A DNA stretch of 64,000 bases, taken from positions 765,552 to 829,551 of the forward strand of contig BDGG01000011.1 in the NCBI GenBank assembly GCA_001949185.1. Direction: 5' to 3'. Of the stretch, positions 48,814 through 63,851 are shown piece by piece (the stretch's first letter is position 1; the number at the start of each line of letters is the position of its first letter). The notes beneath the pieces were generated by a model. The model was not told the DNA's origin. It searched no databases and saw only the letters and a program-made list of their open reading frames with translations. The position numbers and the translations under genes are program-made. This stretch comes from Ramazzottius varieornatus (Eukaryota > Animalia > Tardigrada).

Positions 48814-50339
48814 ATGCCTGCTCGATATCGTTTAACGTACTTCAATGGCCGAGCTCGTGCCGAACTGATCCGTCTCATCTTCCACACCGCGGGGGAAGAC
48901 TTTGAGGACAACAGGATCGACACGGCTTCCTGGGCCCAACTCAAGCAAAGTAAGCACTGCTTTCTCTATCAACTCGCGCATTCCAAAATGCCCCGCTGTA
49001 CTTCCTTGTTTCAACTTAAATGGACTATTATTTTTTCGCAGGTACCCCATTCGGTAAGCTGATTTGCCTCCCTCTACAACCAGTACAGTCTGGAGAAACC
49101 ATTCTCTTTGTCTGATATCAGGTGCCTTGCCTATTTTGGAGTTTGACGGTCTCGTGCTGGCACAAAGCCTGGCCATTGCTCGCTTCCTGGCTCGAGAATT
49201 CGGTAAGTTGCAGTTGATCACTCTTGGAAGGTAACGAAGCGTGAGAATATTATATTTGGCCATTCTTCTGCGCCCAGTCTGTAACTTCGTCAATACTGCA
49301 TGGATGGTGCCTTATACTGTAATAAGTTGTAACGTTGTGTGTTCACAAACAGGTTTGGCTGGCAAAGGCCGTTACGAGGAGGCCGTGGTCGACTCGATCG
49401 TGGACACGGCCAATGATGTTCTTGGAGATATCATCAAAATTATCTTCAACGAAGACGACAAGCTCAAGGTATCAAAGACGTTTCCTTGTTCTTACTTGTA
49501 AACATCGAAACGATTTTTTCTGGCTTTGCGAATGCAAGCACGTGTTACGTTTATGCCTTTTCGTTGGCAGAGAGACAACTCGAAAAAGTTCGTCGAGAAT
49601 ATTTTGCCTTTCACATTAAACAGTTTGGAGAATGTCTTCCAAAAGCAAGGCAAAGGACAAGGCTATGCTGTTGGACCAGACTGTAAGTTGCAGAACCTGA
49701 TGGCGGCTTCACCCTTCCTGTCCCTACATTGTTTATTTTGTATTCCGACACGGCAATAATCTGACAAGTCTTGCCTTTCATGTTGCAGTGACTTATGCTG
49801 ACTTGGCCATCTTTAACGCCGTAAGAAACTCAACTTTCCTCCCCCCAGACGCGTCGTCTTTGACAAAATGACTCATGAGCACTTGGGAGTTCGGCAAACA
49901 AGTCGACGAGACTGTTCTCAAGTGGCGCGCTTTGTTGACTATAGTGGTGAGCGCGTGCGCCACTCAAAAAATTCGACAAAGTTGTTCTCTTCAAGTGGCG
50001 CACATTTTTCATGTCATTAGCTGGGACCGTGCGCCACTTGAAGAACTTGACAGGATAGCTTTCTGAGGGGCACATGTCCCCTATGTTATTCGCTATAAGC
50101 GCGCCACTTGGGAAATGATCTTGCCCAGTTCGTCGGCCGAGGTCCGCTGTTTCAGCGTGCTCTTCGCGAAGTTAAAAGTTGTTCGGTTGTGATTGCAGTT
50201 GGACCAAGCAGTACAAGCCGGCATAGTTAACTGGCAGTACTTTGATCGCTATCGCAACATTTCGGGATTGTTGCGACGTCTGGAAGAAACACCACGCCTA
50301 GCGGGCTACCTCAAGACCCGACCCCATACTCCCTACTGA
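48814..50339 (+). CDS. Glutathione S-transferase, sigma class
   Basis: YRLTYFNGRARAELIRLIF..EDFEDNRI, PF.G.LPILEFDG..LAQSLAIARFLARE, TYADLAIF, YLKTRPHTPY*. Confidence 0.95.
49886..50143. repeat. Palindromic element, 3 units (GST intron)
   Basis: Cores at 49922, 49995 and about 50066. Confidence 0.92.
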
Positions 50340-50745
50340 AGCCAAGATCACTCTGAATTGAGAGAAAGGAGGCTTGAGCGTTTCCATGTTGGTCAGAAAT
50401 TGCTTCGGCACCACAAGCCTTTGATAACCAGTCTTCAAAAGACGATTCACTGCATTTTTCTTCTACACGGTCCTCACTTACGTATTTATAGCTGGAGGTT
50501 GCCGTAGGTCGTTGCGCTTGGTATTGCTGCCTCCACTGTCCAGCCTGTTCAAGTGTTACTTTCCATCTTCATAGCTGCTTGATTAGCCGATTCTGCCATT
50601 CAAAGATCTGAAAAGTCATTCCGATAAACACATTATGAAAAAAGAAGGTTACCGGGAGGAATGTACAAAATCACAAAAGCAGCATCTCATATGATGCCAT
50701 ACTAAAACTTGGTCATGCCCGGAAGAGCGCTCGAAGGAAGGCACT

Positions 50746-52440
50746 TTAAGTCTGCTGCATTCGGCAGCTGACAGCGCTTGCTGCACAGCCCGGATACAAA
50801 TCGACACGTGGGTCATTCAGCTTGTCGGGATGGACACAAGCGCAGCGTGTTGACTTTTGTCCATTCTTCTGTGTCAGGAAGAGACGTGGAAGTCCTGTCC
50901 AGCCCCGTTCAATTCCGCCGCTGTCAATTCACAATCCACGTATTACCCGAACAACTCGCCTTTATGCACACAGCTATACCCGTACAGAGAAACAGCAAAC
51001 AAACCCGGCCAACTTGTTTTCCCAGATGGCGCACTTTTCCACTGCTATTACTGGAAATGTGCACCACTGGAAATGCGAGCCTGGTGAGTTTTTCCAACTG
51101 GCGCCCATTCCAGATGTTATTGGCTGGATGCGCGCGCCACTTGGGAAAAAGAATTTGCCGAGCTTCTCAACATGGCACTTTTTTGTGCAACACTATCGAT
51201 ACTCAGTGCCCTCGAAAGTAAATAATTACCTTTTTTCGCTGCACCAAACGTGACCGCCTTTGTCCTGGCTCCATTCGGAGTTACACTGAGGAAACTCGGC
51301 AAACACTGCGCTGTCCTTTGCTGCTTGCTCTTTGGCTTGGGCGATCTTGGCTTCTGCGTGGTGTAGCTTGGAGGTGGGCATCGCTGGCGCTTTGTCGCCC
51401 ATGCACTGGTAGAAGGCACCGCACAGAAGGCCCACTTGCTTGTACATGGAAGACTTGGAGTAGGTGTCGGCCCAGTTCTCAATGTCGCCGTACTGGGAAT
51501 CCGCGATCCCCTCCAGGTCATCCGTTAAGTCATTCTTGAAGTCGCCCGTCAGGAACCCACGAGTCGCATCCTTTCCTGAAACCACAGCACAACGTATAGC
51601 CCGATAAGCTCTCGAACGAAGTACAACTAGGATCTCGGCAAGACTGGTTTCCTAAGTGGTGCACGTTTTTAGTGTTTTCGCTGGAAGCTTGCGTCACATG
51701 CTTAAACGATCCCGAAGAGTTTTTCCAAGTGGCGCACATTTCCAGCTTTATTGGCTGAAACTGCGCGCCACTCGGAGAACCAACCATGACGTCACCGGAA
51801 GTGAAATATAAACCGAACTAACCTGCGAAAAACTGATAGCTTCCTCCCGGCCCGTAATGGCGCCTGCCCTTCGACACATCATAAACTTTCTGCAGAGAAT
51901 AAGATTTACTACCAGTGTGAGAAGGATGTGAAGACAGTTGGTTACCCCCATGAAAGCTAGGAGAACGGGCAGGTTGGGATCGCTTCCATCATACTTGGCC
52001 AACTCTTCTTTGGTGTATAAAATAACACCGTTGACGTCGGTCTTGCCCTTGTGATGGACTTCTGATGGATGCGCTGGGCCTTTGGAGTTATGCAGAGTGG
52101 CAGGAAGACTAAAAAGCGACGATGACGGATCGAGGAAGAAGAAGGCACTGCCAAGGAGAGCACAAGCCAACAAAATAAGACGGACGGTGTTGGGGTTGTG
52201 TCGGTTTCCTTCTGGATGGCTGGACGGCGTATCTCTGTGAAGATACAGCTCTTCTTTGCTTCGGTGAGAACCATGCTGTACGAAACCAAGGTCTTACCTT
52301 AACACAAAGCTGTCAGGAGTGGCTTCGTCCGCGAAATGATCGCCAGATTCATCTGGAAAGTTGCCCTCAACAGGTGTCTCTCGCTCTCCCACATCCACTC
52401 TCCTTCTCCTAGCGTTGTCCGACATGTCGGTTCCCTTTCA
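50746..52440 (-). CDS. CYB5D2: Neuferricin (cytochrome b5 domain-containing 2, MAPR family); 5' end uncertain
   Basis: LYTKEELAKYDGSD..LLAFMG|VYDVSKGRRHYGPGGSY, GKDATRGFLTGDF, FPQCNSEWSQDKGGHVWCS, RCACV. Confidence 0.9.
50993..51165. repeat. Palindromic element, 2 units (neuferricin intron)
   Basis: Two cores. Confidence 0.88.
51631..51780. repeat. Palindromic element, 2 units (neuferricin intron)
   Basis: Two cores. Confidence 0.88.
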
Positions 52441-52794
52441 CAATGTACCTTTATCAGATCCCGAAAGATGAACTGGCCTCGTCTGGACTAAGATTAAACA
52501 GTCGATTGAGTCGAAGGAGGACCATTTTTACCGAAAAGCTAAAAATGCTCGAATCAATCACCGACGACTCCGTACATGTGGGCTGCTCCATGACATCACT
52601 GCAAGTGACTGCATTACCACCTTATGCCATGTCATGTTAAGTCATATCGTGTAAAATGGGGGAAACTCGAACAAAGAACACTAGACTACGCGCAAGGTAC
52701 TCCTGCTATGCATTTCCAATTCCAAAACGATCAACTCAACGTTTTAAAAGGTGAAAGCCGGACGTCGCACAGAACTCGTGGAGAAAGTACGCTA

Positions 52795-55078
52795 TTATGT
52801 TGCCGCAATGGTTTGAAGCGATGCGTGGGAGCGTATATCACCAAGAGGTTGCGAGCTTGCCTCCGAAGAATTCACATCACTCTTTCCCGAATCAATACCG
52901 ACAAGATCCTGAACGGAAGAGAAACCATCCTTGACCAGCAACTCTTCTATCTCTCTGTTGATCCTCCTGATTAACGGCGGTCCGTCGTACGAGAACGCTG
53001 TGTAGATCTGGACGAGGGAAGCGCCGGCCCGCAGGCGTTCATAAGCATCTCGACCATTGCTTATTCCTCCACAGCCGACGATTGGCACTCGACCCGTTGA
53101 ACGAAAAAATGAGTGCCACAAATTTCGACTTCGTCGAGAATGACCAGAGTATCACACATTACCTTGAGTCAGCCGGTACATATCCTTCACAGCCTGAAGA
53201 GCCAACTGGGTTTCCGGTGCGCCCGATAAACCGCCCGCTTCATCCTTGAATTTGCTCTTCAACGTGTCCGGGCGGCTGACAGTCGTATTGCACACAACTA
53301 AACCATCCAGATCCTGAAACCAAGACTCCAGTCAAAATTATCATGTATGGAAGTCAGGCGAATAAAATCATCAAGTGTTTTTCTCAAGTGGCGCACGTTT
53401 TCAGTGTTATCGCCTGGCAGGGGACGGCAGTTGAAAAATCCGTCTTGTCGAGTTTGTCCAAGTGGCGCACGTTCTCATTGTTACCGGCTGGAAACATGCA
53501 CCACTTGGAAAAGCGACCGCGTTCTTACCGTTTCTAGGGCTAAACGAGCGATGTCGGCCTTCTCTTCCATCGACAGATCAGGTGCAATCTTTAGCAGTAA
53601 CGGTATTCTCCGTCTCAGCTTCTGGCGCTCTGCAAGAACCTACTAAAGTGGGACGGTCCGTCACGAATCATGATTCGAAGTAAACGTCCGGACACAGTCG
53701 AGAGCACGGAGACCTTACCGCTGTAAGAAGAGCCCGCAGTTTATCGTTTTGCTGCATCGAGCGCAAGCCAGCAGTGTTGGGACTGCTAACGTTGATGACA
53801 TAAAAGTCGGCAACTTCTTGAAATGCAACGAGACCTTGCACGTAATCGTCGATCACATTAGGGGAGGTTTTGTTGGCTCCCAGATTGACGCCTAGAGGAC
53901 CCAGACGGAAGAAGAAAGCGTTCTTGATGTTCCGGAAAACGATCTTGTGTCCGTGGTTATTGAAGCCGTAGCTGCAAAATCGTGCTGCGATGATAGCGTA
54001 CACGTTCGATCTGTTCACGACGACTTTACACGTACCGGTTGATTATGGCTCGATCTTCTTCCAGACGGAAGACTCTGGGTTTGGCATTTCCGGCTTGCGG
54101 CAGCGGCGTCACCGATCCTACTTCGGCAAAACTGAAGCCCATCTTGTACACTCCCGCAATGGCTTCTCCATTCTTGTCAAAGCCAGCAGCCAGTCCTAGC
54201 GGCGTCTTAAACTTCATGCCCAACACTTCGGTTTTCTATACGAAGGAACACAAAGCAAACTTCGAGGCTGGCAATCTAAACCTGGAAAACTCGGTCGAAT
54301 TGTTTACGGTCCTACCTGCGAGATGTGACAGTTCAAACGCCTGATTTTAGTTCTGCACGGTTCGTATGTTCACGCAGCTACGCGCCGTTTTGTTTGCACG
54401 AGAACAGTCAGCTGATCGGATGTCCACTTGATTACTTGATCAAGTCAAGCCAGAACCAGGCATCGATCAGCTGATCGTGCTGCGCAGTGTATGGCGAGCA
54501 GGCCCGTGGAAAATCGTTGTTTAATCGCAGAAGGAGCGATTGTCACATCTCGCAAGTAGGACTGTACCAGAGCGACGCACGCCTTCAACCATTTTCACTG
54601 TGAAGGTGCACCCCTTGGGAAAACAGTGTGGACAAGCTTGTTACCAATCACGGATTCCATACTGGCTGGACTCACGCCTGACGTCATCGCACTAAGGTAA
54701 TCGCGCACTGCACTTCGTGACGTAATGCGTGATCTGAGTCAGCTGACAGAATGTGAGAGGTATCATTTGACTTACAAGACGTTCCGATTGCGATTGCCAA
54801 GAAGGCACCATCTTGAACTGGCAGGCCTTAACTGAGAGATTATGAGCACTTTCTCCATCGGGGATGGCGTAGCGGGCTACGGGCATGAGAAAGTCCCTGT
54901 AAAACCTCTCGTCGCCGGAAGCAGTTAGATATCCAAAGAGAAGGGTGTGCCCTCCTGTTACGGCGATGGCCAGCGATTTCCCTTTCCCCTTCAAAAATAG
55001 AACATATGATAATGATACCACGAATACGAAATACCAGAGGCAGATAGATGTAGCGAGAATACGTACCCATGGCCTCAT
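52795..55078 (-). CDS. DHODH: Dihydroorotate dehydrogenase (quinone), mitochondrial
   Basis: [37 protein letters not shown]|[31 protein letters not shown]. Confidence 0.97.
53356..53522. repeat. Palindromic element, 2 units (DHODH intron)
   Basis: Cores at 53388 and 53462. Confidence 0.9.
54307..54564. mobile_element. Tc1/mariner-type MITE (family B) nested in a palindromic element, DHODH intron
   Basis: TIR C(G/A)GTCCTAC(C/T)TGCGAGATGTGACA, TA on both sides. Confidence 0.85.
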
Positions 55079-55628
55079 CGCACCAGCAAGAAGAGTCGGA
55101 AGTCGGGGACAATTTACGTCTGAAAATACCCTTTCCTTAATTCTTAAATACTAACTTGGAAAAAATTTGGTAAAGATCCCCTTCAGTCAATCAAATGTAG
55201 GCTCCAATCTATCAGATAAGGTGAGCGACTGTTGGAGTGATGTGATGCCATGTACAGTTATGGAGCTGTCGAAAGTTCCGAGTTCCCCACATCTTGCTAG
55301 CCGTTCTCGGATCCGTAGATGGGACAACGCAACCTTCGAAGGTCTGAACTGGAGGGGAAGAACTTTTCAAATTACTGAGGCGTTCTACCTTGTTATTACG
55401 AACAGAGGTGAACAAAATTTCTGATACAGTGCTGTAGATTAGACACACTGAAGGACTGCACCGGAAACTAAAATGTCACAGCACTCTGCATCACGACGAC
55501 ACTATAAAACTATTCAGACAAACTGCCGTTGAAATCTGAAATCTTTCTATGTGAAAGCTTTGCTGCTTGTCAAGTTCACAGTAAAAGAGAGTATAAGATG
55601 AAAACTGCATCGTTGTACAGTAATTAAC

Positions 55629-57754
<2,126 letters not shown>

Positions 57755-58260
57755 AATGCTGACTTGGCCGATCCCTCCTCAGTTCCAAAGCGGATGCTGG
57801 GCGAAAAGCGCGAAACTTTGACGTTCGGATCCTGTTGGTAAAAGATGTTGATACTGGATCGACAAGGAAGGAAAATAACGGGCAGCAAGGGCGAGAAAGG
57901 TGACGAAGGTGGCAGCTGTCCTAAGAGATCAGCTGTCTGCTTAATACTTACTCTGCTGGCATCTACTGTTATGTTATTGTCTCATTATCTGACATATTAT
58001 TATAAACACATGACATCACCGACACACTGACCGCCGGACCGCGTCAGAAAGTGCCGGTTCGGAAGCTCGGGTGTTTTCAATTATTCTAACCTTAGTTCGA
58101 AAAGGCGCGTGAAATGCTGTCTTGCATGTGCTGCAGCTTTAATTTCGTATGACACAGTGCAGAATACAGAACGACCAGCGTTCGTCGAATGAGCAATGAA
58201 ACAGCAGTCTAATGCTCGATCGAATACATCCTCCCACTTGGCGAAATTAAAACGGAGGTA

Positions 58261-58903
58261 TCAGCGTCCACCATAGCCGCCGCTACCGTAACTACTTGAG
58301 GTGTTACCAGAGGCAGATCCGTAGGAAGAGCCGCCGGAATACGAGGAATCGTAGGAAGTATAAGGAGCAGGTGTAGTGCTAGGAATGTATCCGTCATAGT
58401 CACCATTGTAGTACATGTAGTTGCCCTTGTAGCGCGGATGACGAGGTCCCAAGGCTAGACCGACGTAAGGATTGATAAAGGGAAAGAAAGGCCAACCTAT
58501 GCCGAAGCCGCCAAATCCACCATATCCAAAACCCCCAAAACCTCCCAGTCCTCCTCCGAAGCCTCCTCCGCCGTATCCACCTCCACCGTATCCGCGTCCA
58601 TCGGGATTATCGCGGAACTGCCCGTTTGCAAAGGCTGAAAAATACTCGCGGATCAAATAGAACGCCAATACATGCGGACGACCATCAAAATCTCCTTTGG
58701 GGAGAAATTTAGGATAATGGGATAGATACTCTTCATAGGAATTTTTCCCAAGTGGCGCATGCCGTCAAAGTGATTGGCTGCAAACGTGCGACACTTGAGA
58801 AAACAATTTGGTCAACTTGTTTCCCGAGCTTTCAAATTTCTGACGATAACTTACCAGCTAGGGATGCTGAACACAGCAGCAAAACTGCAGTCCGGAGATC
58901 CAT
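58261..58903 (-). CDS. Small secreted Gly/Tyr-rich protein (2 exons)
   Basis: MDLRTAVLLLCSASLA|AFANGQ signal; GGYGGGG/GGFGG repeats; ends SGGYGGR*. Confidence 0.8.
58740..58832. repeat. Palindromic element (Gly-rich gene intron)
   Basis: Core plus right arm. Confidence 0.85.
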
Positions 58904-59444
58904 TTTTGCTGAAGCGTATAGTGGAACTGTATAGTGGGCCGTCGACGAAAGAATGGACTGAAGACGGTAAAGCTACCAGCGAGCTGCTGAATAAGAGATC
59001 ATCAGATTCACCATGAAAACTGGCGCAACGCGCTTCTCAACGACCAACCAAACCATCCTTTGGTCTCAATCCCACACCTTCTCTGGCCAACACCTGCCTA
59101 ATCAATTTCGTCATGTTTTAGAACGAGATCGTCATTTTCATCGCAGCCGCCGCCGCAGGCAGTATTAAACTTGTTAAGTAGGTTCATTGGTACCGAGGAA
59201 GAAGAAACTTGACCATTCTTTCACTGTGCGACAAGCAGAAAAGGCTGACTTTTCTACTGCAAACATAGTTCGAAAAGAACGGTGCAACGATGGTTCGAAA
59301 ATAAAATAAACAGTATAAGGGGATTACAAAGGACTGCCAAAAGCGCGCAGAATCATCTGTTAAACTCCAGCCAGACCAAGAAGAAAAACAAAGGCAGCCG
59401 AGACGCAGAGAAAAGCAAATATGTGTACCTGTACGGACACAAAC

Positions 59445-60698
59445 CTATCGTCGACCGCCAGCTTGACCAGGTCCCTTGCCTCCTTGTGGTCCCTGGCCGG
59501 CTTGAGGGCGGAATCCATCCGGAGACTGCGGGCTAGTCTGTCCCCACTGGCTCTTGCTTTGCTGCTGATCTTGTCTTCCCTGTTGTTGTCCTTGTCGATA
59601 CTGCAGCGCAACACTATCATTAGCCATATTTCGCTCAAAGATAGTTAAAGAAAGTGCTTTGATATACCTGAGACTGGGACTGCGACTGCGACTGCGAGCC
59701 TGAAGAAGCTGTAGCATCGTGGATGGCGGCTTGGGCTTTGTGAGCTAGGTTCTCAGCAGTGTGCTTAGCTCCCGACAAGACATCAGCAGCTTTATCCTTG
59801 GCCGCTGACCACACATCGGAGGCCTTATCCGCAATGCCACCTGGTGATTGCGCGTTCTCCTTAACGTCCTGTAAACGTGATATCCATTACTTGGACCACA
59901 GGCAAAGAGAGTAACCTCACCAAGCAGATTCTCCCAAGTGACGCACATTTGCAGCCTACAGCACTATCAACTTGCGCCACTTGGAAACCGATCTGCCGAG
60001 CTTTCCAAGTGGCGCAAGGTTCAGGCGTATAACGTTGAAACTGTGCGCCACCGGGGACACATACGTACCTCGGCCACATGTTTGGCTTTGCCCCAGACTT
60101 TTGAAGCAGTGTCCTTGACTGCTTCAACAACATCCTCTCCCTTATCTTCCACAACGTGTTTCGCTTGATTCCAGGCGCTGCCGGCTTTGTCTTTAAGAGT
60201 TGCGGCAGTGTCTTGCGCAGCATTCTTGGCACTCTGATAGCCAGCCTTTGCGTGTTGAGCACCAGCCTCTACTTCCTCCTGTCCTTGTTCGAAGACGCGG
60301 CTTCCACTGCGCTTCATGTCATGGACACCTTCCTTCACTGTATCCTTCGCTCGTTCGAATGCTCCAGCGGCTTGGTTAGCGACACCTTTGGCTTTCCACG
60401 AGGCTTCATTCTGCCAACAAACAACAAATCAAACGACATTCCCTGCGCAAAATGGACCACACGGAGACGTTATCCTGCATGCGCATTGTAAAAAAACACG
60501 GTTCCTCCTGTGTACCTTGAGATCCTTCAATCCAGCTTTGGCATGTTCCGCGGCCTCCCTAGCATAATCGCCAGCGTCGGAGCCACCGCTTGACCGTGAT
60601 CCAGCAGCCTTAGCTGATGAAACAGAGAAAGAGGCTGCTTGCTGGTAAGCTACAACACCTCGATATCCAGCGCGTCCAGCGTTTCGGGCGAGAAACAT
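59445..60698 (-). CDS. LEAM: Group 3 LEA protein, mitochondrial (RvLEAM), 4 exons
   Basis: Arg-rich presequence MFLARNAGRAGYRG, 11-mer A/K/D/E amphipathic repeats (KDKAGSAWNQA, KDTASKVWGKA), SQ/Q/G tail; matches my recollection of the R. varieornatus LEAM sequence. Confidence 0.92.
59915..60058. repeat. Palindromic element, 2 units (LEAM intron)
   Basis: Two cores. Confidence 0.88.
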
Positions 60699-61269
60699 TT
60701 CTGATGAGCGCAGTGACTACAATATTCGCTTCCACAGCAACTTTCTGCAGCGATGTACGGGACTTCTGCGAGTCTGGAATCTTTCTGGACTTCTGGGATA
60801 AGAAACCTGTATCCTCGTTCCGCGAATGAGTTGTCAAGACTCGCCCTCGGCTGCGCGGTGCATGGTGTAAACGCCCCAGCGCGAGCAACCTAGGTAAGAA
60901 TACTCTGAAAAGCAAGCGATGGCGTGCTACCGTAGATAGGGTATACATTATGGTTCATGGTGGTAGCGCAATACGTCATCCATACGCGAAGTTGAACCCC
61001 GGTCCAGGTAAGAGATATGTCGTGCGCGAGTGGACGCAGTGCGTGGCATATGTAAAGCATTAAAGTAGTGCACTGAACCCTGTGCACCCCGTACGTACGC
61101 TCTGTTATGCAGTTTCAAATGACGTCACTTGATGTCGTTGTTTTATGACTTTTTCCAGCGATTTTGAAAGCCTGCAGGCACGGAGAAGCTCAACTTTCTT
61201 TCTTGCAGTCGCCCTTCGTGTTCTTGCTGTATCCTGCCCATCTTGGTTTTACTTTGACAGGCAAACAAT

Positions 61270-63068
61270 ATGGCGACCACAGGAGCTCACGAGACGGACG
61301 TGATGATGTCAGGGTCCAAGGGACCAGCGAAAGGCAAATGGGCCTCATTCATGGAGTTCCTGTACAACAAGAAAGAAGGAACCGTCCTGGGACGAACAGG
61401 CAAGAGCTGGCTGCAGATTACCGTCTTCTACATCATCTTTTATGGAGTCTTAGCTGCCTTCTTCGCCGTCCTTCTTGTCCTGTTCCTACAGACGCTGGAT
61501 CCCAACCAGCCAAAATGGCAGCGAGATCAAGGCATCATTGGTGATACTCCTGGTAAGGCTGCTGTGCGGGCCATTGATTGTTGATTGATTTCCGGCACCC
61601 CTACCCGGATGGCGCGCCGCATAAAGACCGCTTGTCCATGGTATTTATGCGTCACTTCACCGGGGCACAAGGTTATAGAAAGCCGTGACCCATTAAGCGT
61701 TGAATTTCGGCCTTGTTGAAGTGCCTACTCGTCAATCTTGTTTAGTCGATTGCTCTGTGAGGGGCTTCCTCTTTCCTCTAGGCCCGCATACAGTGTAACT
61801 CTGTCTGCGGAAGTAGTGACACCAGCGAAATGGGCAAGTCTTTCGCTGTGGAATTTGATGAATCTATCTTTATTGCCAGGAATGGGTTTCCGGCCAACTC
61901 CCAAAGACTCCGGCAGCACCTTGATCTGGGTGAAGTCCAGCGGGCCTAGCGCCAACACGAGCCAGCAGTACATCGACAGCTTGACGGACTATTTGAAGCG
62001 TAAGTCGGACGTCTTGGCCTGTTTGTTCATCGTAACTTCCGAGCATCGTCACTTTTTACGATGGCGATAAGTGCTGAAACTGGCGTCAGGAAACATTATG
62101 CGAATATATCTCTTCTCTTACAGCTTACAGTCCCGGCGGTGCCACGGAAGCTGGCAAAGGCGTCACTTACGTTGACTGCTCATCGCCTACCGGTAACAAT
62201 AAGGCCGGTCCTAACACCGTTTGTGCCGTCAGGCCCGAATCCTTTGGAGCCTGCAACCAAAAGAACAACTTCGGCTACACCACCGGACAACCCTGCGTTC
62301 TTCTCAAACTCAACAGAGTAAGTTTTGCAGAAGTATTTCTATCGGGGCTCTTTGTACAGTTAGAAGTGAAAGCTCGGTAAACAAGCGCGACAAGATATCT
62401 TTCGCTAGTGCCCGCGGTCTCGATACGTTCTCGATATCACTGGCTGAAGGCGTGCGCTACCTGGAAAGCACGACATGCCCATTTCCCCAAGTGGCGCACT
62501 TTTACAGCTTTGTTGGCTGATAGAGTGCGCCAGTTGGAAATCTCGTGGAGTTTGTTTTCCCAAGTGGCGCACGTTCCTAGTGTTACTGCCTGGAAGTGCG
62601 CGCCACTTGAAAGAGATGATCTTGTTGAGTTTTCTTGCCAATGTATTGTTACTGGTGAGCGAGGTTTGAGTTTTGCTGTTGTAGATATTCAACTGGGAAC
62701 CAAAGACATACTCGACGGCTGACTTGCCTCAAGAGCTGAACGATTGGTACAAGCGACAAGGCAACAATCGCCCCATCACCCAGCAAGTGCCTCAAGGCGA
62801 CCAAATCTTCATCACCTGCGAAGGCGAAGATCCCGTCGACAAGGAACACATCGGCCCGATCCAGCTCAGCCCGCCAACCATCTCCAAGAACTACTTCCCA
62901 TACCTCAAGCAAGACGGCTACCTGTCGCCGGTCGTCATGGTCCAGTTCCTCAACCCCGATCCCGGCTTCATCATCAACGTCGAATGCCGCGCTTGGGCCC
63001 AGAACATCCGTCAAAGCCGCATCGACCGGCTGGGTGTTGTCCACTTTGAGCTGCTAGTCGATCGTTAA
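61270..63068 (+). CDS. Sodium/potassium-transporting ATPase subunit beta (nervana-like)
   Basis: FLYNKKEGTVLGRTGKSWLQITVFYIIFYGVLAAFF, PGMGFRP, GQPCVLLKLNRIFNWEP, YFPY..QDGYLSPVVMVQF, INVECRAWAQNI. Confidence 0.96.
62371..62640. repeat. Palindromic element, 3 units (ATPase beta intron)
   Basis: Cores at about 62408, 62491 and 62564. Confidence 0.9.
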
Positions 63069-63651
63069 ACTATATCAGTCTATTGTGTCATTCCTCGATC
63101 ATTCATTACACGATGTTCTTGTTGAGTGTGAGTGCGAAGGTCGTCGGAACTTTCATGAGATGAACGGTGTTTTAAGTTATATCCTGTAGCATACTGGTAA
63201 TAGTGTCGGCTTTTTCGTTTTTGAGCTATCTCTGCGGTCTCTCTCGTTTTCTCTCAGTTTAAACACCGTAGTCTCTGTGTAAGTTTATCCACTGTCTAGC
63301 ATTTTCTTCTCTCTACAGGTGAATATCTTTGTGAGCAGCGTTTTTTGTGGGACAGTGGCTTGTGTTGGTTGAATGTCGCAGCTTGTGATAACTGATAAGT
63401 CAATACATAAAAGTGAAAGACTAGAACGAGAAACCTGATGCGTCGCCGAACTTGTTTAATATCGAGCAAACGAAATTCTGATTGCGTAAGAGATACTGTA
63501 CACCAGTCGCACTAGAAATTCAAGTTCGCGTGAAGTTGCACCCATACGGAACGGAAGAGACAAAATCTAAGGCCGAAATGCAGGTCTACGTGCATCAGTT
63601 TTTATTGGCAGCGATAAACAAACATTGTTTCTTGACGGGGGCCTTCACTTA

Positions 63652-63851
63652 CAGTGTAGGCAAAGGTACTCTAAGAGGGGGCAAGGCCAAAATCGACGTG
63701 ACGCAAAAAGCAAACAGCTGATCAAGCTGCAATCCAGAGACGTGAAGTGCCGCTTGATCTGCTGATTACTTCGAGCCGGAGTTTCTACGTCACCTGTCGA
63801 AAACTCGATTTTGGCCCTCCCCCTTTTAGAGTAACTTAATTGCCCACACTG
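63652..63851. mobile_element. Tc1/mariner-type MITE (family C)
   Basis: About 45-bp imperfect TIR CAGTGT(A/G)GGCAA..TACTCTAA(G/A)AGGGGG..GGCCAAAATCGA, TA on both sides. Confidence 0.82.
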
